Positions 1 through 11,574 of a DNA stretch of 64,000 nucleotides are shown here, in pieces. A program made the position numbers and the translations under genes. The notes under the pieces were generated by a model. That model did not search any database. It was not told where the DNA came from and saw nothing but the letters and a program-made list of their open reading frames with translations. How positions within the stretch are numbered: the stretch's first letter is position 1; the number at the start of each line of letters is the position of its first letter. The DNA is from Thecamonas trahens ATCC 50062 (lineage: Eukaryota; Protista; Apusomonadida), in NCBI RefSeq assembly GCF_000142905.1, contig NW_013657651.1, forward strand, positions 186,001 to 250,000, read 5' to 3'.

Positions 1-2
1 AC

Positions 3-110
3 ATCATCGTCGGTTCGCTCTGCATCCTCCTCGGCGTTGTCTTCCTCGTCGCCAACATTGTCAAGCCGCGCAACCTCGGCGACCAGCGCTACCTCGTGTG
101 GCAGCAGTAA
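3..110 (+). CDS. CDC50: CDC50/LEM3 family flippase beta-subunit, 3' end only (partial)
   Basis: Frame from nt 3 reads IIVGSLCILLGVVFLVANIVKPRNLGDQRYLVWQQ*: the last TM helix plus the KPRxLGDxxYLxW C-terminal motif typical of CDC50 proteins. Not in the ORF track. Confidence 0.85.
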   Translation: MIVGSLCILLGVVFLVANIVKPRNLGDQRYLVWQQ

Positions 111-208
111 CTGCCCACGCTCTGAACAGTTGCTACGTAGTGTACCACACAACCAAAGAAGAGTAACACAATCATCGGGGTCTCCTGCTCGATATGCCTG
201 CCACTTTA

Positions 209-2975
209 CTATGACTCGGCCTCGCCCGGCCCACTCGCCATCTCCTCGTCGCTGGCATACGACGAGTACGAGCCTTCCTCGCCGACCGCCTCGCTGCCGT
301 CAGGCCCGTCAGTCGTACCAGCCGGACTAGAGCTCGGCCCGGCTGCGCCAGGAGCCACCACATGCCGCGAGAGCGCCGATCCAGTGCCTGCAAACGCAGC
401 TGCGTCGCCAAGCGGGTCAAACGAGCCCAGCATGAGCGCCGAGAGCCGCTTGAACGCCGCAGACTCGGACTTGCTCGTCCCGGTCAAGTGCGCGTCACCG
501 CCCGACAGCAGCGCCTGCCGTGCGCCTGCTGCCGCCGCCGCTGACATCAGCGCCGGATTTCCGGCGCGCTGCTCGGGCGTGACCGGCGGCGGCGGCGGCG
601 TAAACATCGCTTTGCCTGTCACAATCGAGACCGGCCGCATCTTGACCGTCTCGCACGCTCGAAGTTTGGCCACAAGCTCCTCCACAAGCTCGCGCGAGTT
701 GCGCGGCGCTTTGCGGAAGACAGCTGTGATGTCATCCACAGGCATGGGGAACGTCTCCAGCGTCGACGACGCCGCCACGGCTTCGGCGAGCGCCTGTAGG
801 CTCTCCACCGTCTCAAAGCCAGTGCCCGAGATCGAGAGCGCCCGCACGCTCCTGGAGAGCCGCAAAAATACGGCGGCTGCAAGCGCAACAGCCTCGCCGC
901 CGCGGTTGCCGGCAATCGACACCGACTTGAGGCTCGCCACCAGCGCCGCACCCTCGAGCACTCGCTCCATGGCGTTGCCAAAGTGCGCCTTCTTCGACCC
1001 AACGAGCCAGAGTGTCTCCAGCGAGCATCCGGGCTCCGCCAGGACCTGGTAGAGGCTCTCAGCCACCGCAGCCCGCTGGGCGGCTTTGCGCGGCGCGACG
1101 CGGCAGAGCGAAAAGTGTCGCAGCCCGCTCGCGCTCCGCAGCGCGCCGAGGAGGCCTTGCAGCGCCTCGGCCGACAGGAGCACATCGTCCATGACCAGCC
1201 GCACCAGCGACGTCGAGTTGGCAAACGCCCGGCTCAGCGACGAACTCACCATGGCCGGCGTCTCCGACCCTCCCAGTCCTCCCACCTCCATCCGCGCAAG
1301 ATACAGCTTGAGTCCGCTGGCCTCGGGCCGCGCCAGATACGACGAGACCACCGACGAGAGCGCCACCGCAGACATCCGCGAGCCGGCCAGATTGAGATTG
1401 TCCACGCTCGAGAGTCGGAGCGCAGTTCCAGTCGAGAGCGAAATGCTGTCGCGGATCTCGACTTGGCCCAGAAACAGCGCCCGCAGCCCGCTCGCGCCCT
1501 TTTCCGCCGGCAGTGCATCGCTAAGTTCGCTCATCTCCACGTCGGCGTCGTTGAGCACCAGATTCTCAAGCATGCATGCCTTGCCAGATGTGAGCCATTG
1601 CGCCAGCGCATGACTGCCCTTCTTGCCGAGCCGGTTGCCACTCAGATTAAGATACCGCAGACTCGTCATCGCCACGCTAGTCGATGCACTGGTAAAGAGT
1701 GTGACAGCTCCGCGCGGCGTGATGCCACAATCGCGTATGTTGAGGACCTTGAGCCCCGACGCAACACGCAATCCCGGGAGGAGCTTGCGCACGCCCTTGT
1801 CCTTGAGCGCCATGCACGGAAGCGAGAGCTCGACCAGGGCCTGGCCCGGACGCGCCAGCAGGGCGTCCGACAGTGCCTTGGCCCCGCGCTTGACTTCGAC
1901 CGCATTGATGAACAGTGACGAGATCCGTCCGTTGGTCGTCATCACCTCGGCGAGCTCGCGCAGCAGTTGCGGCCGTGACGAATGCTCCGCCCGAATATGT
2001 GAGACAAGCTCCGAACCGGAAATCACCTCCCACACCGGACCCAGCTTGGCCTCCGGCAGCCACATCGAGCCTTGCCGGCCGGTCAAGTCCAGCACTACCT
2101 TGCCGTGCCCGGGCCCGCGCGAGCCCTCGGACCGGGCGTACGCCTCGCCCATGGCCGCCGCTCGCTCCATCCGCACGTACGCCTGCTCGCAGAACTCGGC
2201 CCACTCGTCGCGCGCCGCTACTGCCAGGTACCCCTCCACCAACCCGCCGCCTGGCTTAAGCTCCTCGGCCGCAATCTGGTCCTCCCACCACTGGTACGGC
2301 GTGTCGTCGTCATCCGCCACCACCACTGCCCGCTTACCAAGACTACGCATCGCGTGCGTCGCCGCCAGATACGCGCCCAGCACCTTGTGCACCACATCCT
2401 CGGGCACGCCGGTGTACACCAGCTCGCGCCGCACCTTGTGGCTCACAAAGGTAAGCGTCATGCCCTCCTCCGACGGCCACAGCTGAACATGCACCAGATC
2501 AATGAGCGCGTACTTGTTCCCCACACTGTTCTTCAGCCGCCCGGCCTTGATGGTGAAGACCTCGTACGGTGTCGCCACAAACAGCCGGTCGTTCACCTCC
2601 TTGGCCGTCTTCCACTTGGCCACCCACAACGCCGCCACCACCGTCCGCACCGGCGCCTTGCGCAGCGCCGCTTGCACCACCTCTACACGCCGCACACCAC
2701 CACATGCACCCATTCACACCATGCTGCCACCTAAGTTGACTTCCCACACACACCCCTCAGCCCCCCTCATCCCCCCAGCCCACCCCCCTCGTGCACACTG
2801 GCCATGCCCATGTGTGTCCCTACGTGTTTGTGCTCAAACTGCCTGCCCTCCCCCCTACCTGCCCCCTTCACCCCCTTCCCCCCCCTTCCCCCCTCCCCCC
2901 CCCCCCACCCACACACACAAGCCCTCCCTTTCACATACTTTGGTCGTCACTCGTGAACTCTCGCTTGAGCGGCAT
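209..2975 (-). CDS. CARMIL/LRRC16-like protein (N-terminal PH-like domain + RNI-type LRRs); exons 2975-2939 and 2682-209
   Basis: 834-aa ORF with 'RLFVATPYEVF' PH-like start and LRRs (LKVLNIRDCGIT, LRYLNLSGNRLG). Upstream exon MPLKREFTSDDQ ends at a GTATGT donor and splices in frame to TAG|AG at 2682. Confidence 0.7.
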
Positions 2976-3576
2976 CCCGCCTCACGAGTCCAGGTGGCGT
3001 CGAGTACCGTTGCCACTGCCTCGGCTACCACAGGTTGAGCGCCACCCCTGTGTCCAGACACACTACGCTTGCATCGGCCCGTGCCCATTGGGGCCGCCGC
3101 CCACACTCACCAGCCCAAAGTGATAGCCTCCAACCCCACGGCGCACACTCTGTGCCTTAGGACCTCAATATCGGCTGTGATGCCACCCCCCTCCGCTCTC
3201 AAGGGTGAAGGCCAGCTAGCTCTTCATCGAGCGGAGGATCCCTCGGCTGGCACCCCGCCGCCAACCGAGCCACCCTCCAGCACGGTCTACGACCTCCTAC
3301 ATTCGAATCAGCCCAACATCATGAGCTGAAACACTTTATTATTGCCATTCTCGTCCATCCGGGGATCTGGTTGCGCCTTTAAGCCATACCCCGGAAGCAC
3401 GGCCTCCCAGAATGTGCAACCAAGGGGCCTCTTGACAAAGGCCAGAAACGCAATTCTGCAAACACTGGTGGCAGTTTTGTGGTCGGCCGGTTGTGACAAA
3501 ACCCGAGCGAAACGTCGCACCGGGCGCAAATGTGCCTGGTCATCCCACCAGCAACAAACAGCTTACCTACTAGATC

Positions 3577-4231
3577 ATGTTCACCAACACTCATTCCATC
3601 AACGTCAGTGTTGTCCGTGGTGCCACTAACCCTGCTCGCCGCATTGGCAAGAGCGTCTATCCGCTCACCGACAAGGAGAACCGTGCCATTGCTCGCAACA
3701 GCATGAAGGAGGCCTTTGCCCAGAGTTCGGATGCAAACGGCTTCATCACCGTCTCCGGCATCCGCGACGCAATGGAAAGCACCATCTGCATCAACGGTGG
3801 CTCTTAGATCTATGGCGCTGAAGTCTCGGCTGCGCTCGCTGACAGCTTTGACCTCGCCACCGCCGCTGCCTGTGTCCACGCCGCCTTTGCCACCCGCAAC
3901 CGGAGCATCCCGGCAGCGGCAAACACCACTGCATGCCGCAGCAACAGCAAGCGCCGCCGCAAACGCGAGCGTTTTGATGCCTTTGGTGTCGTTGATGCAC
4001 TGATTTTCGTCTCGATGTACTTTGATCGCATCCGCCGGGCCGCCTCCAACCGCGTTGGCTACCGCCTTCGCCGCGGCCCGCGCCCCGTTTGCTGTCATCT
4101 TTGCTGGCAACACCTCAAGCACTGTCAACGCGCCCCTGCTCGGCGACAACGACTATGAGGCCAACATGGGTGCCAGATCGGCTCACCAGCACATTCTTGG
4201 TGACTTTAACCCGCTCGACTACCTTTGCTAA
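3577..4231 (+). pseudogene. Possible degenerate gene with an EF-hand-like start; in-frame TAG at 3805-3807 and a frameshift near 4085
   Basis: Host-like codon usage continues through the TAG (…CINGGS*IYGAEVSAALADSF…FGVVDALIFVSMYFDR). The C-terminal part lies in another frame (…PFAVIFAGN…NPLDYLC*). 'EAFAQSSDANGFITVSGIRDAM' resembles an EF-hand. Confidence 0.3.
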
Positions 4232-4305
4232 CGCCTCGGTAAAGACCATTTCCTTCATCCTGTTCTCATCACTTCATTTTGCACATCATCGCAACTCACG
4301 CACGA

Positions 4306-7300
4306 TCAGTGACCCACCACACACTCGGCATGCGCCGCCAACGGCAGGAGCTCCGAGACTGCGGCCGAGTCAGAGCCGGGATTGTCGCGGATGTCGACAA
4401 GAGCGAGGTTGTAGTTAGACGACAGGTCAATGGCACGCAGAAAGTCAGCGAGAACGGTGTCGTGGAACTGGTTGCCGTCGAGCTGGAGCGCCATCAGCGT
4501 GATGTTGGTGTGGATGGCAGGCAGCAGCTGCTCGAGGTTGCGATCCTTGAGCTTGCAGGCCGAGAGGATGACGTTGGTCAGCTTGGACGCGTTGGCTGCC
4601 AGCAGGGCAGCCATGGCGGTCAAGCCGAGGCCCTTGCCCAGCTTCTCGTTGCGGGCAAGGTTGAGGTTGCGCAGGTGGGTGTTGGACGAGAGTGCAGCGC
4701 AGAGGAGCGCGAGCGACTTGTCCGTCAGTCCTGTATCGACCAGGCTGAGTGAGACCAAATGCGACGTGCCGATGACCGCGATGAACGCCTCCCATTGGTT
4801 CTTGCCCACGCCGGCCCCGGCAATGTCCAGGTACCGCAGCGTCGAGAGCGAGGTCGAAAGCTCCGAGCTCAGCAACTCGATGGCCGCCTTGTCCAACCCG
4901 TTCGATCCGATCTTGAGCGAGGTCAGCGTCCGCCCACGCGACGCCGTCACGGCCTCGAGCAGCGCCAGCGCGTTCTTCTTGCCCAGCTTGCAGTCGGTGA
5001 TGTCGAGCTCGGCAAGTGACTTGTCGGTCGCCACCCGAATGAGTGGCTCCATAGCCTTGGACCCGATCTTGATGTGCGCAAACGAGAGCGAAGTAAAGAC
5101 AACCGACGGCGAGTCGACAACCTCGCTGACAAACACGCCCAGCGACTTGTCGGTCACCGAGTTGCCACCAAAGGCAAAGGTCCTGAGGAACCGGTTCCGC
5201 GCGAGCGCGAGACACAAATCGCCAAAGCCCTTGTCCGTGATCTTGTTGTACGAAATGTCCAGCTCTTCGGTGTCGTTCATGTCCGATGAACCGCGCACAA
5301 TCTCCATCAGCACCGGCACGCACGCGTCGGTCATACCGGTCGACGCCAGATTGAGCTTGCGGAATCGAATCCGCTTTTTCTGCATCAAGCCCAGGATCTG
5401 GTCCATTCCTGCTGGGCCGAGGTCGTTAAGCGAGATGTCAAGCTCGCGGAGCGCCATCGATCCGGCTTGCACCACGTGGCACAGCCGCATCGCCGCAGAC
5501 TCGCCCATGGCACACCCGCGCATGATGAGCTTCTCGATCGACGGCGCAATGTCTGCAAGCAGCTTGAGCGCCTTGGTGCCAGCCTCGGACGACGCAAACG
5601 GCACGCCCGTCAGGTCCAGCTCCGCTAGCGCTAGGTTCTCCATCAGCTCGCCTCCGAACCCAACGCTCACGTAGCTCTGTGCGCGGTGGATGGCCTCAAA
5701 CAACGCGGCTGCATGCCGCGGGTTGCGCAGCTTGAGCCGCCGCAGCGTCTCATGCTTGTACAGCGCCTCGTACGCCTGCGCCAGGATCGAGCCCGCGTCG
5801 GCTCGCCCGACTTGCAGCCGCAGCGCAGACTTGTAGACCCTGCAGAGAATGTCGAGCCGCGACCGCTCCGGGTCCGGCGCAAACATGGCCCGCGGCCGTC
5901 CAAACAGCTCGGCAGGCAGCAGCGTCGCCGAGATCGTCGACTCGTCCGGGTGCGGCAGCGAGACCTCGACGTCGTCCACAAGCTGGTAGTAGAGGGTGTA
6001 GTAGTCGTTAAGCAACGTGAGGATGGCTCGCGCCGACGGCGTCACAAACTGCAGAACCTGCTCTTTGCCTCCGGCCGCAAACTCGGTCGTCGTCTGTGTG
6101 ATGAGCGCCGTCGAAATCGCCTTCCACCGCTTGATCTGTGAGAACGGCAGGTACTTGTACGACGGGTAGGCCGCCGAGTGAATGTTGGTGAGCGGTGTAC
6201 CAAAGAGCATGCCTGTCGCGCCCACAAGCAGCACCACTGAGATGTCGTCAGCGTCGCCGGTTCCAGCCAGCGTGCACGGGAAGACCTGCGCGCCGTAAGT
6301 TGGGAGCGAGAAGAGCAGCGCATCAAGCTTGACGTGCACCTCGCTTGCCGTCAGGCCCTCTAGCCCCCGGTGCATCGAGAACAGCTGTGCCTGGAGCGCG
6401 AGGACTTCGGACGCCCCGACCGCCATCATGTCGGCCGACACGTACTTGTCCATGAGCGTATCCAAAAAGCCCGGCTGGTGCGTCTTTGGGTTGTGGTTGC
6501 CGTAGTTGAGCTGCATGCGGTACGCCGCCAGCATGAGGACAACAGACTGCGAGTGGATGCCGGCGCCTTGGGCCAGCACGTCCTGCATCACTTGCTGCCT
6601 CAACAGGTTCATAGCCACCGGCGTCTCCTCGCCCAGCCGCCGCATGTTAGCCGACGGATACTTGACCCGAAGGAGCAGCGCATCGTCCGCCCGCCCGTTG
6701 GCCGAGACAGGGAGGCCCATGTCGAGCCACGTGTAGACCGGGAGTGCGTCCGGCGAGGCAAAGCACCATGCAAAGTACGGCGCAGCCTGAGGCTCGAGCC
6801 CGATCTTCTCCGCCACCACACCAAGCAGCGCCCATCCCGTGATGTTGACCGACGCGCGCACCTTTTTGGTGACCGCGTCGGCAAGCTCCACCGAGTAAAT
6901 GACCGGTTCACCGGCGTCCGACGCGTCCGAGTCAGACCCGGAACCACCGTCGACATCGTCGCCGCCAACGTGGATCTGCGGCATGCTACGCTCCGGAAGC
7001 CGCATCCGCGCGCACTTGGTGCTGCTGCTTCTCGGCTCTGAAGAGCTTGACGCCCCTGCGCTGGCATCGCTCGCATTGGCGCCGCGGCTCACCGCCAGTG
7101 CCGCCCGCGCCGCGGCCTGGAACTTGTGCTTGACAGGCGAGGCCGCGGTTGCGCCTGCAGCTTCGCTAGCCTCGCTCGCGCTGCCCTTGCTGCCCTTGCC
7201 CAGTGTCGTGTTGGCGATGATGCCTGCGGCGGTGAGGCCCATCGAGTTGACGCGCTCGGCATCGCCGCCAGCGTCAACAAGTTCTGTGTACATGTCGGTC

Positions 7301-7697
7301 TTGCCCAACATTGCCGCCTTGTGCAGTGGCGTGTTGAGTGTCCCCTCTTGCGTCGTGTTCGGGTCGCACGAGATCCGCAGCAGAGCCTTGACAATGTCCG
7401 GCGTCGGCGACTCGACCGCGGCGTGCAACGCGCTCTCACCTGCGGCGTCACGATACGCGACGAGCGCGTCAACGCCGACCTTTTTGCACAGAATCACCAG
7501 CGCCGACACATCACCGCGCCTGCAGATCTCCATCACATTCTCAGCATTTGCCTTGACCTGGGCGGCAGCACCCACGCTTGCCACACCACCGCCTCCACTA
7601 GCAGCCGCCGACCGCATCGGATAGATGCGCCACTAACCATGGTGGCGAAGAAAAGGTATGGGAGAGATTATGTGTGAGTGAGCAAGGGGGGGGGGAG

Positions 7698-7746
<49 letters not shown>

Positions 7747-7863
7747 AGGGAGGGGAGGGACCATCATCTCTATCCAGCACCGTACCTTCTTGCCGCCACT
7801 TCCGAGGATAACCGCCCGGAGGTTGGCATCGAGAGCCTCTCGTGCAGCCGAGGACGCAGCCAT
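4306..7863 (-). CDS. Ankyrin-repeat + FERM + RNI-type LRR protein; exons 7863-7786 and probably 7557-4306
   Basis: Ankyrin repeats (GESALHAAV, NTPLHKAAMLG), FERM (LLRVKYP, LAAYRMQLNYGNHNPKTHQPGFL, LPTYGAQVF), then many LRRs. Exon 1 MAASSAA…GGKK ends at GTACGG; a phase-0 CAG acceptor lies at 7558-7560. Confidence 0.8.
7698..7740. repeat. (GA)n microsatellite inside the intron of the FERM-LRR gene
   Basis: Direct observation of about 20 GA units flanked by G-runs. Confidence 0.95.
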
Positions 7864-8067
7864 AGTTTGCTTTGGGAAATTGCAGGTGGAGGAAGAGCGG
7901 AGGGGAGGGGAGGGGGAGGAGGGGGAGGGGGAGGGGGAGAGGGGGAGAGGAGGGGGGGAGGGGGGGGGGGGGGGGGTGGAAGTAGGGTGTCCGGGTGTGG
8001 CGGGGGAAGGAGCCTGCTGGTGGCGATTTGTCAGCCGGCTGCCACTGCGGTCGCATCGAATACGCAT

Positions 8068-8111
8068 GAACGAACGAACGAACGAACGAACTCCCCAAGC
8101 CACCACCACCA

Positions 8112-8147
<36 letters not shown>
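8068..8147. repeat. (GAAC)n, (CAC)n and (CA)n microsatellites in a divergent intergenic/promoter region
   Basis: Direct observation; lies between divergently transcribed genes starting at 7863(-) and 8250(+). Confidence 0.9.
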
Positions 8148-8150
<3 letters not shown>

Positions 8151-8249
8151 CTCACCCACACTCGCACACCTACACCCATACACTCCACTCTCACTCTTCT
8201 TAACCCTCCCCTCCCCTCCTCGCCCAACACACCCCACTCGTTCTCGTTC

Positions 8250-8761
8250 ATGTCCGTCGCTTCGTGGGCTACGGGCCTGGTCGTCGGCTTTGCTATCGGC
8301 AGCTACGGTGCGTCGGCTCACCTCGATGCCACACGGAAGCAGATGCTGACTCTCAGCTCGCTCACTACTGACCTTACTACCGCAAACAGAGTCGCTGCGG
8401 GTGAGCTGCCACTTGAGGCTCTCTCTACCTCCTCTGTCTCGGCCTCAGCCTCTCCTTCCTCCTCGGCTACCCATGAGCTCATCCAGGCCGAGGCTCCGCG
8501 TCACCTTGCCTCGGAGCACCTCAAGTCATCGGTACACTCATGTCCCTCTCTGCCCCCTCTGCCCCCCCTCTGCCCCCCTTCCTTCATCTCTCCCTTACCC
8601 CCATCAAGCCTCCCTCTACGCCCCCAACCCCCACTCACCCCACCCAACCACCCCCCTAGTGGAACGCGCTCATCTCATCGGTGGTCGACACCTCATTGCC
8701 GCTCACCTCCGAGTCTGGCCGCAATGCCGCCATCTCCAACCTCGTCTCCCGCTTCAACTGA
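8250..8761 (+). CDS. Small membrane protein resembling MICOS subunit Mic12/Mic13 (QIL1); exons 8250-8531 and 8660-8761, 127 aa
   Basis: N-terminal TM with GxxxG (WATGLVVGFAIGSYG). Splicing GTACAC…TAG gives HLKSS|WNALISSVV, matching the K-x-x-WN motif of Mic12/Mic13. Confidence 0.55.
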
Positions 8762-8896
8762 TACCGATTGCCAGACGAGAGACTAAACCCCCTCCTCCCC
8801 CCACCACAAGCCCGGCAATCCCTCCCCCCCAGCCCGGCAGCAGCCAGCGCAAGAAACACCCACATTTTTCTCGAGCTTCTCGCTCTCGGCTCGACC

Positions 8897-11533
8897 ATGT
8901 CACGCGTGCTGTTCAACCGGGGACACCGGCATCGTCACGACCGGGATGGTGACGGTATATACTCGTACTCTGACTCTTACGAGCTTGTTGACGGAGAGTG
9001 GGTGGAGAAGCCGCCTACCCCTCCTGGCTCGGTCCAGGAGGAGGAGGAGAAGCCCAAGTGGTACATCCAGCACTCCAAGCTGATCTCCGCCATTGTGGTC
9101 GTCATTGTCTTCAACCTGGTGGGCATGCTCATCTTTTCTGAAGTCGAAGGCCTCGACGTACGCATCGCTTCCCCCCTCTCTTCCCCTCCCCACTGCCCGC
9201 CCCCTCTCTTCCCCTCTTTCCCCCCTCCTCGCTCCTTCCCCGCGCACTCACCCTCGCTGAAAACTACACTGAGGCAAACAGGGCTTGGATGCGCTGTACT
9301 TTACCCTCGTCACGCTCACCACCATCGGCTTTGGCGACATCTCACCGTCGACCAACGATGGTAAGACTGCCGTCATGTTTTACGGCGTCATCGGACTGGC
9401 CGTCATCGGTTGGGTTCTCTCCATGCTCTCCGACTACTCGCAGCGCAAGGTCCAGCACCTGATGGAAAAGGTGGCTTTCCCGAGTCGTCGTCGGACCCGT
9501 ATGTCATTGTCCTCTCGCAGTACAACTGCCTCTCGTGCATCAAGGGCTGTGAGCGAGCGCAGTTCACCTCGCCGCACTTTGAGAAGAACCTCAACCCGGT
9601 GTGGGAAAACCAAGAAGTGTGGACCATTCCGCACTCGATCTTTGCCAAGGATGTGGTAATCCAGGTCCGCGATTGGGACAACTTTAACTACGACGACCTC
9701 ATCGGCGAGGTGGTCATCGACCCGCAGACTCAGATCGGCGAGGAGTGGGCGTTGTACGACCTGCCTCTGGAGAAGGTGGAGGACAAGGACGCGCGGCCGA
9801 CCATCCAGCTAGAGATGAAGTTTACGCCGGCAACCCAGGTCCTCGAAGTCCGCCTTGTCTCGTGCCATGACCTCCCCATCATGGACGACTACTCGGGCTT
9901 GCTCGAGCAGTCGGTCAACAACACCAAGGAGCTCGCGACTGCGCTTCTCATTCTGGCCGTCATCATCTTTGGCGGCGCCGGCCTCTTTGCCGGCCTGGAG
10001 AAGTGGCGCTACTTTGACGGCATGTACTTTGCCTTTGCTGTCTTCTCAACCATAGGCTACGGCGACTTTTCGCCCAAGACCGACACCGGCAAGGCTCTCT
10101 TCCTCCCCTACGCCTTCCTCGCTGTCGGCATCGGTGGCTACATCATCGGCCTCATCCAGGCCGGTGGCGTGTCGGCCGGCGCCACGTCGGAGATTCCGCG
10201 GAACGAGAACGGCACACTCGACTTTAAGTCGCTCAAGTCGCACGACGAGCAGTACGAGCTCGAGTGGGCCATCCGCGACGCGCTGTCGGCGTCGTCGTCG
10301 GCGTGGTCCTCCGAGGACTCGGCCGACTCGCAGTACACTTACTGGTCGAGCTACGACGAGCAGGAAGAGGCCATCGCTGACATTGTGGCCGGTGACGCCG
10401 CTCTCCCAGCTGACCTTGTCCTTCCCACCCGCCGCCGCCGCCTCCTCCACGGCGCCGCCCGCACGACTTCGTCGCGAGCCCGCCAGTGGGTCTACGTCGA
10501 CGCCGACGCCAACTCGCCGACTCTCGCCTCGTCGGCCGCCGTCGACTACGCCACCTACTCGTCTGACTCGGAGTGGGAGTCGGAGCAGGACGAGATGGAC
10601 AACCTCGTCGCCGCTCGCTACGAGCCAAGCCAGACTGCCACCGCCACCGGCGAGCCCGCCGCCACCGGCCTGGCCGACCCTGGTCCGCTCCCGGCTGCGC
10701 CGGGCTGCATCCCCGCCGCCATCAAGCCGTCGACTTACTTTGGCAACTCGTTCATCTACCGCTTCTGCAAGCAGTCGTTCATCGCCCTCGCCCTCCTCTT
10801 CATCGGCACCATCATGGCGCCCATCGAGGACTGGCGCTGGTACGAGGGCCTCTACTTTTCGTTTGTCACTCTCACCACCGTCGGCTATGGCGATTTTCTG
10901 CCCGACTCGGACGGCGCCAAAGTCTTTGTCATGCTGTACGGCCTCTGCGGCCTCGCCGCCGTCTCGGGCTTTTTCTCGCTTGTCTCCGAGGCCTCAACCT
11001 CGCCGCCGAGCGACCCGGAGCTCCTCCGCCTCGAGAACCGGCTCAACAAGTACCGCTCGTACCTGTACCGCTTCTTCCACTCGGCCGCCATGGCCATCAT
11101 CTTCTACGTCGCCCTCCTCATCATCTCCATCTTTATCGGAGCTGGTGTCTTCTCCACCACCGAGATTGGCACCGGCGCCGAGCTCACCTGGTTCGACACC
11201 CTTTACCTCTCCGTTGTCACCCTCACCACCATCGGCTACGGTGACATCTTCCCCGTCTCGGACGAAGGCCGCGCCTGGTTCATGTTCTTCATCCTCTTTG
11301 GCATCGCACAGCTCTCCCACGCCCTGTACCTCGTGCAAAAACTCACCGGCGACCTCGCCCAGAGCTCGCTCGCCGAAATCGCCGGCGAAGACGACAACGA
11401 GGCCAAGGGCATCGACGACGTGGAGCAGCGCTCCATAGACGCTGGCGACAGCGTCCTCCTCCAGTACCTCAAGACCGGCACCATGGACCTCGATGCCGTC
11501 CACAAAGACAACGCCTATGACGATTCCGTGTAA
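8897..11533 (+). CDS. Potassium channel with four pore domains (tandem K2P/TPK-like) and an inserted C2 domain; exons 8897-9157 and 9282-11533 with a frameshift at ~9475
   Basis: Four selectivity filters (TIGFGD, TIGYGD, TVGYGD, TIGYGD), each flanked by TM helices. C2 motifs SDPYV, KNLNPVW, VRDWDNFNYDDLIGEV. GTACGC…CAG intron is in phase 0. Confidence 0.85.
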
Positions 11534-11574
11534 AACAAGACCGGCCTTGCGGTCCCACCTTCCTCTTCTTCACT

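Noticed and set aside
9471-9484. 14-nt GT…AG mini-intron that would fix the K+ channel frame
   Set aside because: Too short for a normal spliceosomal intron and lacks the GTAYG donor used elsewhere; a single missing base is simpler.
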